A stretch of DNA of 64,000 nt from assembly GCA_965113315.1 (NCBI GenBank), contig OZ220363.1; one strand, given 5' to 3'. Both the position numbers and the translations under genes were made by a program. How positions within the stretch are numbered: position 1 is the first letter of the stretch; each line of letters opens with the position of its first letter. This DNA comes from Podarcis vaucheri. Its lineage: Eukaryota. This document shows, piece after piece, positions 23,725 to 36,506 of the stretch. Under the pieces are notes generated by a model that had not been told where the DNA came from, did not search any database, and was given only the letters and a program-made list of their open reading frames with translations.

Positions 23725-24321
23725 CCGTATTTTGCGCCCCATAGGACGCTCCGGCCCATAGGACGCACATAGTTTTTTTGGGGGGGGAAATAAAGGAAAA
23801 AAAATTATTTCCCCCCCAAGGTGCGGGGCTGGAAGAACCAGGTCGGGGAACAGTGGGAAGGCACGCTCTGCCTCCCTGCTGTCCCCCGAGCTTGTGGGGC
23901 TGGCGATGGGGAGAAGTGCGCTGATCCCGGGACTGCAGGCAGCTCTGCGCCGCCATCCGGAGCGGGGTGGGACTTCGCTCCCCGCTCCCGGTGGCCACGC
24001 AGAGCTGCACTGATCCCGGGACTGCAGGCAGCTCTGCGCCGCCATCTGGAGCGGGGCGGGACTTAGCGCCCCGCTCCTGATGGCTGCGCAGAGCTGTGCT
24101 GAGCCGGGGACTGCAGGCAGCTCTGCGCAACCCTCAGAGCCGGTCTCCCGAGGGTTGCGCAGAGCTTCCTGAAGCCTGGAGAGCGAGAGGGGTCGGTGCG
24201 CACCGACCCCTCTCGCTCTCCAGGCTTCAGCGAAAGCCTGCATTCGCCCCATAGGACGCACCCAGATTTCCCCTTCATTTTTGGAGGGGAAAAAGTGCGT
24301 CCTATAGGGCGAAAAATACGG
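23725..24321. mobile_element. Young GC-rich Tc1/mariner (Tigger/pogo-like) MITE
   Basis: TA flanks; TIRs CCGTATTTTGCGCCCCATAGGACGC / GCGTCCTATAGGGCGAAAAATACGG; sub-terminal CCCATAGGACGC repeats; CpG largely intact. Confidence 0.92.
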
Positions 24322-24427
24322 TACCTGCTGTCTTCAGTGGTACAATCCACACTGTGCCACATTAGCATGTTGATCCAAGGGTTAATAGTCCCGTTGTATC
24401 CAGTGAGACAAGGAACTATGCTAATGA

Positions 24428-24649
24428 CAGACCATCCAAGTGTCCCTATTTTCCAGGGACAGTCTTGGATTTTCAGAAGCCGTCTCCATTTCTGATTTGA
24501 TCCCGGAAAGTCCTGCTTTTCCTTAGGACATCCCTATTTTCATTGGAGAAATCTTGGAGGGTATGTGGACCCTGAGCCAAGGAGATAAATAACTATAAAC
24601 CTTTAGAAGACATCTGAAGGCAACTTTTTAAATGTTTAATGTTTTATTA

Positions 24650-24706
<57 letters not shown>

Positions 24707-24820
24707 GAAGCCTCCCAGAGTGGCTGGGGCAACACAGTCAGATGGGTGGGGTGTAAATAATAAAATTATTATTGTGGAATAGGGCATCCGTATTTTCATT
24801 GGAGATAGGTTGGAGGGTAT
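24428..24820 (+). mobile_element. Composite non-autonomous DNA element
   Basis: Starts CAGACCATCCAA; TTGGAGGGTAT occurs internally and again at the end; includes an LINE-tail-like segment and a (TA)n expansion. Confidence 0.8.
24649..24702. repeat. (TG)n(TA)n microsatellite
   Basis: Directly visible. Confidence 0.97.
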
Positions 24821-26569
24821 ATAAAGATTGCTGCTTAAGTTAGGTGCACACTTGCCCAATAAATGCAATACATCTCAAACGACAACAAGGGCCAGAGTTG
24901 CCACCACAGACAGTGCTCATTGAAGACAGCGCATATTCTCGCAAGGGCTGACTAATGGCCATATATATTATAGATGCCTGTGTCATGTTTGCAATTAGTT
25001 GGGCACTTGCCTGGATCTGGAACCCTGATCCTCACAGACAGTTAGGGAAAGCTTGTCTTTCTGATAATGAGGATAGCCACTTGGTGAGAAGGCCTGCTCT
25101 GTCCATTGGGCTTGCATGAGCTTACACTCTGCACCGTCACCTGTACAAATCATGGTCAGAGTCCCAGCCAGACTCAGTACCTAAGTAACACCAGAGGAGG
25201 TGCAATCATTAGGGGCTGGGCCAGCAGGAATGGTCCCCCTCCATATGTGCAGAATATGTGTAGAGGAATAACCATTGAACAACTCTCTTGTGACCTTCTG
25301 GATTGGCCAAACCAATTGTCTATCACGATGAGAAAATGCCTATCAAGTTCCTCCTCCTTCCACAGCCAATCCAGTCAGAAAATGAATAGCCTTGTCAGGT
25401 CCCATCTTTGACTTTTCATACTTTTAAGATGACAAAATGCAAACAAGGTTAGGAAGTCTCTTCTTTTGTCTGTTGCATAGAAGCGGTAATTTTAGTAAGT
25501 GTGGTCCCAACATGCACCAGCTGCCACAGCCGGTTACGTAAGAATAATGTAAAAAGGGGGGGGGGGTGCACATGCTCAGCACATGCTGAGGGCATGCTCA
25601 GAACATTCTCTTCTTTATTGCTTTTTATTTCAAAAGTTCAAAGGCCATTTGATCCGGTGATTCTAGGTTCAAATTAAGCCTGGACGTGGTTGTCTCATAA
25701 AATATTGAGCGCAGCCAATGTGAGCTGAAATGAGAATTTGCCAACTTTTTTTTTTTTTGCAGGAGGTTCCAATGGGGAAAGAGGAGGGGGGCAGAGGGAG
25801 AGCGCGCTAATATTTAATCATGACTGTGGATGTTTGTGAAGAAAAAAGAGTTACATCACCTGCTTGCTGATTCCAGATGCTTAAAAAAGCCTTTGCCCTC
25901 ACAGCTGAATGTTGTCCAAAAGTTAAAATAAGATTAACGGTGTGGCGAGTTCTAGGGGGACATGCCCTGTAGGGCAAGCACTAAATATGGCTCCCTCTGC
26001 CCTACATAGTGGCTGTGAGTTGGCCAGGGCCCTGGGCAAAGGTTACAGAGCCTGCATTCCATGGCAAACTCAGTGCTAGACCACGTGCCAAAGATTAAGC
26101 TGGGATTTGGGAGCTTGAGATGGTGTGGACCCAAAAAAACAAAAACAAAAGCTAGAACACACATTCACACAGAATTATTCAGTTTAGCACAGTTTCCTTA
26201 GCACTTCAGCACCCTGTTAACTGCTGAAGTTCATAAAGCTAGAGGTCCTCCCCTTGCTTAACAACAAACAACAACAACAACAAGAGAAACACAGAGTTTA
26301 TTTCAAGATTCCAGGGCTAAGCCTCCCATAGGGACTCACATCCTACTAAATTCCAAAACACCAATGATCCTATATGATTCATCTTAATATAACATTAATT
26401 CAGTCCCTATTAAAGCATTAGGACATTAGGACAGTGACGTGGAGGTAACTGAAAACAAAATGAAGCGCTGCGTATGTTAGTTAAAAGCAGCTTCAAAAAA
26501 AAAACACACCAAAAAAACAAAACAAAAAAAAAACATTAGAGCAGCAACAGCTGGACACTATCCTGCACA

Positions 26570-27100
26570 TGCTATGCATTTTAGTTGAAAGCATCTTGAA
26601 CTAAGAAGGTCTAAGAAGGTCTCCAAGGCCCATTTAAACACTGGCATAAGGACCTCTTTAGGGAGTGAGTTCAGTAAACAAGGGGCCACCATGCAAAGGC
26701 CCTTTCTCACCATGCAATAGACCCACCAGCCTATTGCATCTAGATGGTTGGTCTACAAGTGGGGTCTCCAAGGGCAGTCTTAAGGCCCTGGGAAGGTTTG
26801 TACAGGTGGTCCCAAACCCTTCAAGACTTTCAAGGCCACCACCAGCATTTACAACTGGGTGCGGAAATGAACATGCAGCCAACATAGCTGGTGCAGTACA
26901 AGAGTTACATGTTCCGACCACTTGGCCCCCACAAGTATCTGAGCCACTGCATTCTGTGCCAGCTGAATATTCTGTGTCATCTTTAAAGGCAAGAGTACAT
27001 TATAGCAGTCCAGACTGGATGCAACTGGGATGTATATACCTGGGGCAATACCTGCTTTCTCTAGGTTGAATTGAAGCTGGAGAATCAGCCCAAACTGATA
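26570..27100 (-). mobile_element. L2 LINE ORF2 C-terminal fragment
   Basis: Minus frame SSLDCYNVLL...IQLAQNAVAQIL...EHVTLVLHQLCWL.V.FR matches the L2 motifs LDYCN, QNAAARL and HITPVL..LHWL. Confidence 0.85.
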
Positions 27101-27199
27101 AAAGATACCCCTAGCCACCAACACCTTGCATGTCTCCATAGACCTAGATTGGAGTGGGCAACCTTTCTTCTATCTAGAGCTGCATTCCCCAGAAGGTGA

Positions 27200-27565
27200 T
27201 CTGTCATTTTCCCACTCTTAAGCTCAGTTCCCTACATTTCCTCATCAGTTTGCATTTTAAAAGTCCCAATAAAATTCATCATATTTTAATATGGATTTCC
27301 CCTCCTAATATACACATTATTTGTAAAGCAATTCCCTTAAAATAATGCATTTTTGTATGTTATACTCACTAATATACGCACTTCTTGGACAGTTTACTCC
27401 AGTATGTGCTTTCTGGTACATGTTATTTGGCTGCAGAACTGAATTGCAAAATTCAGGAAACTGCCAGTTTTGAAAGGCGGCTGACGTTTGGTTTGTGTAT
27501 TGTTTCAGAAAGTTCAAATTAGATAAGTTCGGCTTTAAATATGAGCTGAATAAAATCCCCCCACT
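27200..27565 (+). repeat. Unclassified interspersed repeat, copy 1
   Basis: Aligns with 32630-33030, 54210-54612 and 57990-58305 (AATTCATCAGCATTTT...TTGGCTGGAGAACTGCATTGCAAAATT...TTTAAATGTGAACTGAAT). Confidence 0.75.
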
Positions 27566-27824
27566 ATCACATCTCCTCACCCAGCAGGCTGCCAGGGAAA
27601 AGATAGTTCTCTTGCCAGAGTGAACCGCCCTAAGACCTGTGGGTATAGGGCAGTATATAAATTCAATTAAAAAATAAAAAGGCCTCAACTGACTGGCTTG
27701 TAGAAGACCTTTAGAAGGGGACTGGAGACCACAGATTACCAATCTCTGACACAGAAGTTAAAAACTTTTTTTTTTTTAAAAAAATGGATTTAATATTAGC
27801 ATTCCACCACTTTTGAAATTTGTC

Positions 27825-28238
27825 GTGCTTTAAGAGCATGATGCAGCAGCAAGAAAAGTGTATGCTGTTCTAGGCTGCATCAACAGAAGTCTATCATATC
27901 TCCTCTGAGTCTCCTCTTCAAATATCTCAAGGGCTGTCACATGGAAGATGGAGCAAGCTTGTTTTCTCCTGCTCTGGAGGGCAGGACCCGAACCAATGGG
28001 TTCAAATTACAAAAAGGGAGATTCTGACTAAACATCAGGAAGAACTTTCTGATGGTAAGAGCTGTGGAACAGACTCCCTTGGGAGGTTGTGGACTCTCCT
28101 TCCTTGGAGGTTTTTAAGCAGAGGTTGGATGGCCATCTGTCATGGATGCTTTAGTTGAGATTCTTGCATTGCAGGGCTCAAATGAGATGACCCTCGCGAT
28201 TCCTTCCAGCTCCACAGTTCTATGATTCTGTGATTCTA
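27825..28238 (+). mobile_element. CR1 ORF2 end and 3'UTR
   Basis: FKYLKGCHMEDGASLFS...RTRTNGFKLQ frame; ATTCTGTGATTCT tail. Confidence 0.92.
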
Positions 28239-28490
28239 ATTATACTTCACACTTACCTGAATCAGTTTTATGTATTCTCACATGAGCACCATGTACACAA
28301 TTTTGTACCCAGTCTGTGTCAAACAATGGACACAATCTCTTTCATTGATTTCAGTGGGCGCAATTTTAGTACGTTTCCCTTTCCTTTGAAATCTATGTGA
28401 ATTAAAAGAATTAAAACTTTGGCTGGTTTGTCATGACATTTTATCTCTTTCATGCCAGGCCATCTTCAACCGCATCAGGCCTAAGAGGCA

Positions 28491-28744
28491 AAGAAGAAGA
28501 AGAGGAGTTTGGATTTGATATCCCGCCTTTCACTCCCTTTAAGGAGTCTCAAAGTGGCTAACACTCTCCTTTCCCTTCCTCCCCCACAACAAACACTCTG
28601 TGAGGTGAGTGGGGCTGAGAGACTTCAAAGAAGTGTGACTAGCCCAAGGTCACCCAGCAGCTGCATGTGGAGGAGCGGAGACACGAACCCCGTTCCCCAG
28701 ATTACGAGTCTATCGCTCTTAATCACTACACCACACTGGCTCTC
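28491..28744 (-). mobile_element. tRNA/CORE-type SINE with (CTT)n tail (Squam3/MIR-like)
   Basis: Head GAGAGCCAGTGTGGTGTAGTG, core GGGTGACCTTGGGCTAGTCAC, (CTT)n tail; near-identical to 36729-36976 and 63773-64000. Confidence 0.9.
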
Positions 28745-30338
28745 AAGCATATACATTCTTGCCATATTTCAAATCCCTCCTGACAAATCATCTTTTGTTT
28801 TTGGAAGTAAAATGGAAGTATTAAAGAATAAATTTAAATGCACTGCTGTGGAAATTGGAGTTTGCCTATAGGAGGGATTGGGAACTTTAGGTCGAATGAA
28901 GCCCACAGGTTTCTCCAAGGCCACAATTCCAGAGCACAGTTTCTTAGATATTTGGTCCTGCTGAAAGTAGCTGGTTCTTCCCCTGAGTCAGCCTATTTAA
29001 GATTTGGGTCTTAGTTGGAGAACCAGGTTTAGGAGACAGGGCACTTATTAATTGTTGCTTCTAAGTCTGCGTGACCTTTAAATGTTCATCCTCTTTGCTG
29101 TTCCTCAGTTATTTCATCTATAAAGCAGAGGTTTATGACACAGTGCTGCCTGACAACAGGGCTGGGAGTCTGGATTCATTAGTGCTTGACAAATGATTGC
29201 CGTCCTGGGACTCAGGTTGCTACAGGAGGGAAATATTCTCCTGCTCTCAAGTGGCAATTTATACAGGTTCGTCAGGCATTCAGATACTAGGCAAACAAAA
29301 GAACTTTGACAGACTGATAGGCAAACATCTCTGGCAGAGTATAGAGCCAGAGGACCACCAGGGCACTCTTCCAAAGAAGGAAAGACGATAGCTACTCATA
29401 TCCCCTGGCTAATTCCACCCCGCCTTGTCTCGATAAAACACCTTTTGGTATCCAAGACTGTGCGAGCTACTGTTTAGAGGTTGTTGGCCATTACTAATTC
29501 ATTTTGTAAAGTGTTTTCAGACAGCATGAAAAGAGAGAAGCCAATTTAACAGCCCAGCTATATTCTGCATTGTGTGATAAAGCAACAAAACGAGAGCCAA
29601 GAGCTCTGAAATTATACCTCTGGCTGTGCTTGCTGTGTTACAATGACATTCGGCCGTCAAGAATGGAGAAACAGCATTTTATAGAGATATTGTATTAACA
29701 TCTGCTAGGAACTGGGCAGGGGAGGGAAGAAGAAAGGAGGGGGAGCTGAAGAGTCCCCGAAGAGCTTCAAAGCTACATGATTTGAAAGCAACCGCATGAG
29801 AAAGTGTGTGAAACAGAACAGAAGGCAAAGAGGAGAAGCAGGAGCAGAGAGAAGAATGTCAGAAACATCACAGCTACATGTTGCGTGATGCCAGCACCAA
29901 ATGGTTCCACTGATGGGTTGCGTGTTTGTGTGTGCTTTCCCCTCCACAGATTCTGTGGGAAATTGCATTGCCTTCACGAAAACTGCATTATGCTGCACTA
30001 CACCACACTGGCTCTGACATCTGATTTGATCACAGCTCCCATGGCCTACAAGATGCTGCTTCAGGACACAGAATGGCATCCACCATTGCAACAGCACAAA
30101 AAGCAGATTCTGTAATAGCTGCTTATGCTGATAGAGCATGGAATGGAACGCTGAACCATGGTATCTGGCTGTTAGAATCTTGCTATTCTAGATGTATAGC
30201 ACTTTATCCTTTACAACATTGATTCTGTTGATATTAATATGTATTTCAGGGTTGCCATATTTCAAAAAGTAAAAACCAAAAACCAGGAAACCCCCAAAAT
30301 TATTGAGCTTTTTAAAGGAAAATCCTGAAGTTGTTGAA

Positions 30339-30342
30339 CTTT

Positions 30343-30406
<64 letters not shown>
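30339..30406. repeat. (TTTC)n microsatellite
   Basis: Directly visible. Confidence 0.97.
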
Positions 30407-30661
30407 ACAAAATCACAAAAAAATGTGCTTTGGATTGCCCAAGCGCCACATTTCATTCCCTCCAGACGTCAATTCCGTTAATGTCATGCCATGCTTGAAC
30501 TTGTAGCCTTGTCCTAGCAGACGCCTGCAAATTCCATGTCTTCCATTGCCTCCCGACTTTCCCAAGGAAGTCTCTGGTACAGCAATCCTGCTTCTTTGCA
30601 TAGATACACTCTTAAGGTAAGTTGCCTGCTTTTAATTTTGCAGAAGCAGCCGACTAGTCCC

Positions 30662-31492
30662 TGTTAGGAACAAAAAGCTGGGTTAAACAGCTTTTTTCTT
30701 TTTCTTTTTTAAACTGAGCAATTTATTACTTTGTTTACTCCTCTGTACGTTCCTGGTTTCACAAAACAAGAACAGCTTCTAGAGAGCAACCTGCTAAAGC
30801 GAATGATGGAACCCCTTTGAGCTTCTGCCTCTAATCCACCTCTTTTGGGTTCCACCTCTTGTGGAGAACTTAGACTTTCTTAAAGGGTCAACCCTCTGGC
30901 TTGAAGATGATGTCCAACCTGGTGTGCTCTTGAGCTGGAGAGGTTCTGGTTGCACAAGCTCAGTGAAAGGTGACCATGAGGTTCTTGGCTCTGGTCCTAC
31001 AGACTCTGGTGCTGTGGGAACTGGTTTACTGTGGTCCTGCCTGGCAGGTTCAGTTCTCCCCTGATCACCAGCATGAGACTCCGTGCCAGGAACCCAGACT
31101 CGCTTACCTGGTAGCACTATGGCCTCTGATTCATTGTCCTGGTCACTGCTAGATTCTGGGGTTATAACACTCTCAAGCATTGCTAACTTGTTCTAAGAAG
31201 CCTGTTCCTGTTCTCTTGCATTCTCTTGCCTCCCTTTGCCCACCTAAATTCCTTTGCCTGCTTCTGCTGCTTCCTGTTCTCACCTTCCAATGATTTCCTT
31301 TGACTCATTGCCTCAATTCACCCTTGACAGTTGCTTATCCAGACCTTGTTTCTGTTCTTCAGCAAGGGTCAAATTGTTAAACTGCATTAGATGCTCAGAT
31401 GTTTTCCCCAACCAACCAAATTATTGTTTTTGCAGCTGTCACTAAATCCGATGTCAAAAAATAATGTACATTTGAAACCGACTCCTTGTACA
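30662..31492 (-). mobile_element. Putative long solo LTR with decayed reading frame
   Basis: TG...CA ends; flanks AGTCCC/ACTCCC (5/6 match); minus-strand AATAAA near the 3' end; internal frame 31408-30794. Confidence 0.55.
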
Positions 31493-32629
31493 ACTCCCAA
31501 AAGCTAAACTTTAGGTGTTAGAGGTGAATCATAATTTCTGACCTTTCAGATTTCATTTACAACTGTCCCTTCCTTTCCAAATGTTTCTGTAATTAAACAT
31601 CAGAAAAGGAAGGAAGTGCTGATGGGAGTTTGCATCTCCAAAAATAATTCTCTGGCTAACCGATTTTGTTCGTCTTATTACAGGTGAACTAGTCAAGACA
31701 TCAAAATGATTTTTCATTTACATAGAAACACAAATAGGATTTGCTGTACCTGTTACATGCAAAGTATTCCATTAAGTGTTTCCAGTAGCCTGTGGCAACT
31801 CCTTTTGGAAGAATGAAAAGCAAATAAATTGCACCAAACAACTTGACGATGAGGGTTGCTCCTTCCAAACCTTTTATGGCTTAGTAGTTGAGCCACACCT
31901 TTCATCTTCAAGCTTTATATCCCTTATACATTTCTATCCTTTCCCTAATGGGCATGGGATTCTACTTACTTTAAAATTGTCAAAATGTTCTTTTCAGGGC
32001 AGGGTTGAAATGTTTTGGCAGCCGAACGTGTAGGGAAAATTTGCACAGCAATTTCCTGTCCTGTACCTGTTCTCTGAATCAAATGAAGAATTCAATTCCC
32101 TGAGGGGTGCTGTGGAGCTGACAGCTTTCACCAACACTAAATTTCTTGCAAGCCACTCCTGGGCCCAATCACTTTTGACGATGTGCCTTTGTAGACTGTG
32201 CTGTAAGGAAGGTTATGAAATAGAACGTGGAAAAGTCTTGCTGGAATCGGCCTCTGCCCTGCCCTCTTCTTACTACATGCTTCCTATATGGTCACGGGTG
32301 GGGCTTTGGAGAGACAATCACACCCTCCAGCACTGCAGTTGAGTCAATGTTGTCTTGACATTATTGAATAATAACCTCTCTCCCAGCATTACATAAGCAG
32401 CATCTGAACGAAATACATTATGGCAGGGCTCCCCACTCCTTCCTGTTTTAAGCATGTTGGCAGGGAGAAAACTAATTATCCTATTGCAACAGAGAGACAT
32501 AATTTCAAATATATGAAGCATTCATGGAAATATCCCATCCTTCCCCCAGTACACCAGCCCCACAATTCCCCCCCTTTCTTTCCTTTTTCCTTTAATTTCC
32601 TTTAATTTTATTAACATATAAAGCACATA

Positions 32630-33030
32630 TATTCTCTTATTTTCCCAATTATGTATTAAGTTTTCCACATTTCTGCAGCAGTTTGTGCCTGTGTTTTTAA
32701 AAATAAAACTCATCAGCATTTTGGTGCGAATTTCTCTTAATAAACACAGTTTTGTGTTTGCAGTTTTGACTAATGTGCACATTTTTTGCAGGCAATTTTC
32801 CATCAACATAATGCAGTTTGCATGTTATTTGCACTATTATATTCATTTTAATGCATGTGTTTACCCTGGTATACACATTTTTGTAGTCATTACTTGGCCA
32901 GAGAAATGCACCACCAAATTTGGATAAGTTCAAATTTCGAAGGTTGGCTGTGTTTCAGTTCTCGTATTGTTTCAGAAAGTGCAGATTTGATAGATTTATC
33001 TTTGAACGTGAACTGAATCAAATCATTGTG
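32630..33030 (+). repeat. Unclassified interspersed repeat, copy 2
   Basis: Homologous to 27200-27565. Confidence 0.75.
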
Positions 33031-33129
33031 TCCCCGTCCACTCCAAATAGCTGCAGGCCTTCATTCTTCCAGTTGTTGCAGCTGCTCTTTCATCAATGAC
33101 TTCCTGACCCCAAATTCAAAGATTGTGAC

Positions 33130-33506
33130 CAGTGGTAGGACCGGAAGTGGACAAATTATCCTCATCCCCGACAGGGGCGGAATGACCTGGGTGTCACCAC
33201 TGAGGGGGGTGACAAAATGCCAGGTGGCACTCCCCATGGGACCTGCAGCACGCCCGAGCCACGCATCTCTCCGGGGAGTGACGTTGTGGCTTGGGCTCCC
33301 GCAGGCTCCATGCTGCCCCAAATGGTCCGCCCGCCGCCTCCCCCTCAGCTGTAGGGCGGCTGAGTGGGAGGAGGCAGGCAGACTCCTCGGAGGCCCCATG
33401 GAGCATCCTGCCCTGGCTTGCCCCACTCCTGTGGGTGGCTGGCCCCACCCCTGGGTGCAGGGTACGTGCGCTGCCCCAAACACCCACTCAGCTTCCTCCA
33501 CCGCTG
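33130..33506. mobile_element. GC-rich hAT-like non-autonomous element
   Basis: Ends CAGTGGTAGGA / TCCTCCACCGCTG; internal TGTCACC...GGTGACA inverted motif; abrupt rise in GC. No clean TSD. Confidence 0.6.
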
Positions 33507-33779
33507 GTCTCCGAAGCTGCTTAAAGGTTGACTGCTTTCTGTATTCACTCAAATATATTTGTATTCACAGCTGAGGCTGGAAGCATGGGATGGCTTCATT
33601 TTTATTATCTGCTAGTGCTCAATTGTAGATAAAACCTTAAGATTTAGTGGACTTTCTGGCACTTTCCCCAAGGCCGCCTTTCTACTTACTTTGAATTTTA
33701 TCTCTCCGTTGTAAATACCGGGTGATAGCTACCTTTGGGTAATCACATGCAAAAGGTGGCAGGCTTCTCTACCATTCAA

Positions 33780-34400
33780 GTTTATTTCTGGCCATGGTCA
33801 CACATGCCTTTGTTAGATCAAGACTGGATTACTGCGAAACACTTTTATGTGGTGTTGCCTTCGAAGAGAGTTCAGAAACTTCAACTGAATCAACATGCGA
33901 CTCCCCGACTCTTAAATGCAAACTCCCCCTCCTCCACAAACCACCTTCCTTTTAGGTTTTTCCAGACCACCATTCATTCTGATTTGTTTGCACTAAGTCT
34001 GTGGGGAGGTTATATGACATCAGCTGTCCATTGTGCTTTCCTTGTGATTAGTTTGCAGAAAGGTCAGGCAGTTGTTATCCCTCACTTTTCAATGAGTTTC
34101 CCTGCCCCTTTCATTACTGGAAGAAGAAAAAAACCAAGTGGCTTTTGTTTCTTTGAAGTAGGTTTCTGGTGCAAGTGTGCCAAATCTACTTTAATTGTGC
34201 ACCTATGAATGCTCAAATGGCTTTGTCCCAGGATACCATCTTTTCCTCATGGGTCTGCCTGTCAACTACAGTCAGCAAGAGAGTCTTCTTTATATCCCCT
34301 TGCCATTGGGGGCACTGTTGGTGGGTATGAAGAAAAGGGCCTTCCCTGTGGTGGCCCCAAGAATGTGGAGTTCCCTAGCTTGCGAGATTCATTTCCTCTT
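33780..34400 (+). mobile_element. L2 fragments (33780-33910, 34200-34400)
   Basis: SRLDYCETL...VQKLQLNQ and RAFPVVAPRMWSSL motifs typical of the L2 ORF2 C-terminus. Confidence 0.7.
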
Positions 34401-35833
34401 TGGTAATCTTCTATTATCACATGGAGACTATTTTTGTGTAGGCAGGTCTTTGGTTTGGCCTCCCTATGATTATCTTCTGGCATTTTAGTTCACTGTACTG
34501 TTATGTCATTTTCTTTTCTCCTCCCCCACAACTGATATTATTAGGAAACAAGTATTATATAAATGTACTTATTATATTATGCATACACATTTATGAGTTT
34601 GCTCAAGGCCACTTAAATATTAAACACAAAATAAAATAAATAATCCAGATACAAACCATCAAAATAGCAAAACAACATTCATGAGAAGGAATAAACATTG
34701 TAATAAAGACATTTCAGGGGGGAAATGGACTTTCATTTATCCTAATTCTGGAACTGATAAAGGCCCAGATAATTAGCACCAATGGATATTTTGACACTGT
34801 TGCAGAATTGATTAGGTAGTATGGAAACTGCAATATTTAACTCAAATTATGTTTATGGGAATAATCTTGGTTGATATGCTTTGGTTTTATTTTCATGCAA
34901 ATAAAATAACAATCCATTTTTAAAGCAATAGACATAGTTCAAAAACAACAAAAATACATGATTAACAGCAGCGGTAAAAACACTTAAAAGCTTTCACCGA
35001 AAGGAAAATGATGCAGAATCTAAAGGAATGAAGGAATGAAGTTCTGCAATGTGGGTGCCACCAGCTAAAGTCGGGGTTTTGGCAAGCACAGCTGGCCATG
35101 CAGAGATAAGAACAGCAACTGGCTAAATTCCTTCTTCCACCTGTCAATTAAAGTTAAATAATCCATGTTCTCCTTTACACCTGAAGCTCTTTGTATAGAG
35201 ACCTTTTTCAGAAGACAACTGAGGGGAAATTAATGATGAGGGTGGTGTCGATCAGGATCATTTGAATGTGTGCATAGAGTCTGCTGTGCACATTCTCACA
35301 GTCTTTGATGAACGCACGGTGGGCATGAGGCGGACCTCCTTGCCACATGTTCTTGCATCCTGAGTAGTTGTCAGAAAAGTGCTTCCAAGTTGCATTCTTG
35401 GGGCTTAATTCTTAGCTCATTCAGCTAAGATGCGCCCACCTCCACAGAGAACTGCACTTTCCCCTAATATTCTTCCCCTTTCTTTCTCATTCTTTTTCAG
35501 GAAAAGATACTATTCAATATGAAAACTCTAATTATTCATGCATATGCACATCTCAGGTTAGCACATGGTCATGATAATTTCTGGGTTGTGAAATGGAATT
35601 ATATGCACTCAAACTGCATGGCGTTCAAAAATACTCATTATTATCTTCTAGTAAATGGGAAAGCAGCATTCATGGAAATAAATGTTGTTCAAAAAAGAAA
35701 AGGGAAAAAAAAAAGAATTATGGAGAGGTAAAGTTTTGGGCATGCCAAATTTCTCTGGGTCTGAGAAAGGCTTACTTAATACACTTTTTGTCAGACTAAG
35801 CAGCCTGTTTAGTCTGCTTATTGTTACTATTTT

Positions 35834-36351
35834 TGTGTGATAGAAACATAGTGTTGCTGTGGTAGTTCTACTGATGTACATCTAGGGACAGATGTCTTGT
35901 TCTCGGAGGAGGTAGTGTTGCGACTTTGGGGGATTCCATTGTTGAAGGAGCCAGGCAAGTTTCTGGGTGAGATGATGACCCCTAAGTATGGGTTGTTAGT
36001 ACAAGAAAGGAAGCTGCTCTGTGCCAGAGAGCAAATGAGTGGGCCCCTTCCTCAGCTGGCTGGGAGTGAGAAGGACAATAACGAGAAGCCAGAGATTGAG
36101 AGCCATGTGTGGTTTCTGCTTGCAGCCAAAGTTATGATTATGCAGTAGGAGAAGCAAGATCTTCTGGGGTGTTAATGCTGTGATCCCCTCCATCGTAGGC
36201 TTAGGTTGTATATATGTGTAAATAAACCTTATACCATCAATACACTGCAGTCTCCGCAGTCTCCCATTCCAAGGAAACTGAACCCTAGTTTCTGAAACTC
36301 CTGGATTCTTGCACCACTCAGATTGGGGTGGTATGATCCAGTGGAATAACA
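35834..36351 (+). mobile_element. Possible solo LTR
   Basis: GTAAATAAACC motif and AATAACA end; candidate TG start with imperfect flanks ATTTT/ATTTC; left boundary uncertain. Confidence 0.45.
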
Positions 36352-36506
36352 ATTTCTTGTTTCAAAGGGAGGTAATTTTCTGATGGTTTGCAAACGCGCA
36401 GTATCAAAACAATGATCAATACGACCTATGTCCTTAGCTATAGGGCAGATTAATTCTTGTTATGTTACTCTGAGTGCAGCATCAAACATTGTCTATGCTA
36501 AAGTAT

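Noticed and set aside
23626-24368. Overlapping 100-211 aa ORFs
   Set aside because: Products of the GC-rich repeated hairpins inside a MITE.
33026-33574. 182-aa and 163-aa ORFs
   Set aside because: Overlap a GC-rich non-autonomous element; low stop frequency explains them.
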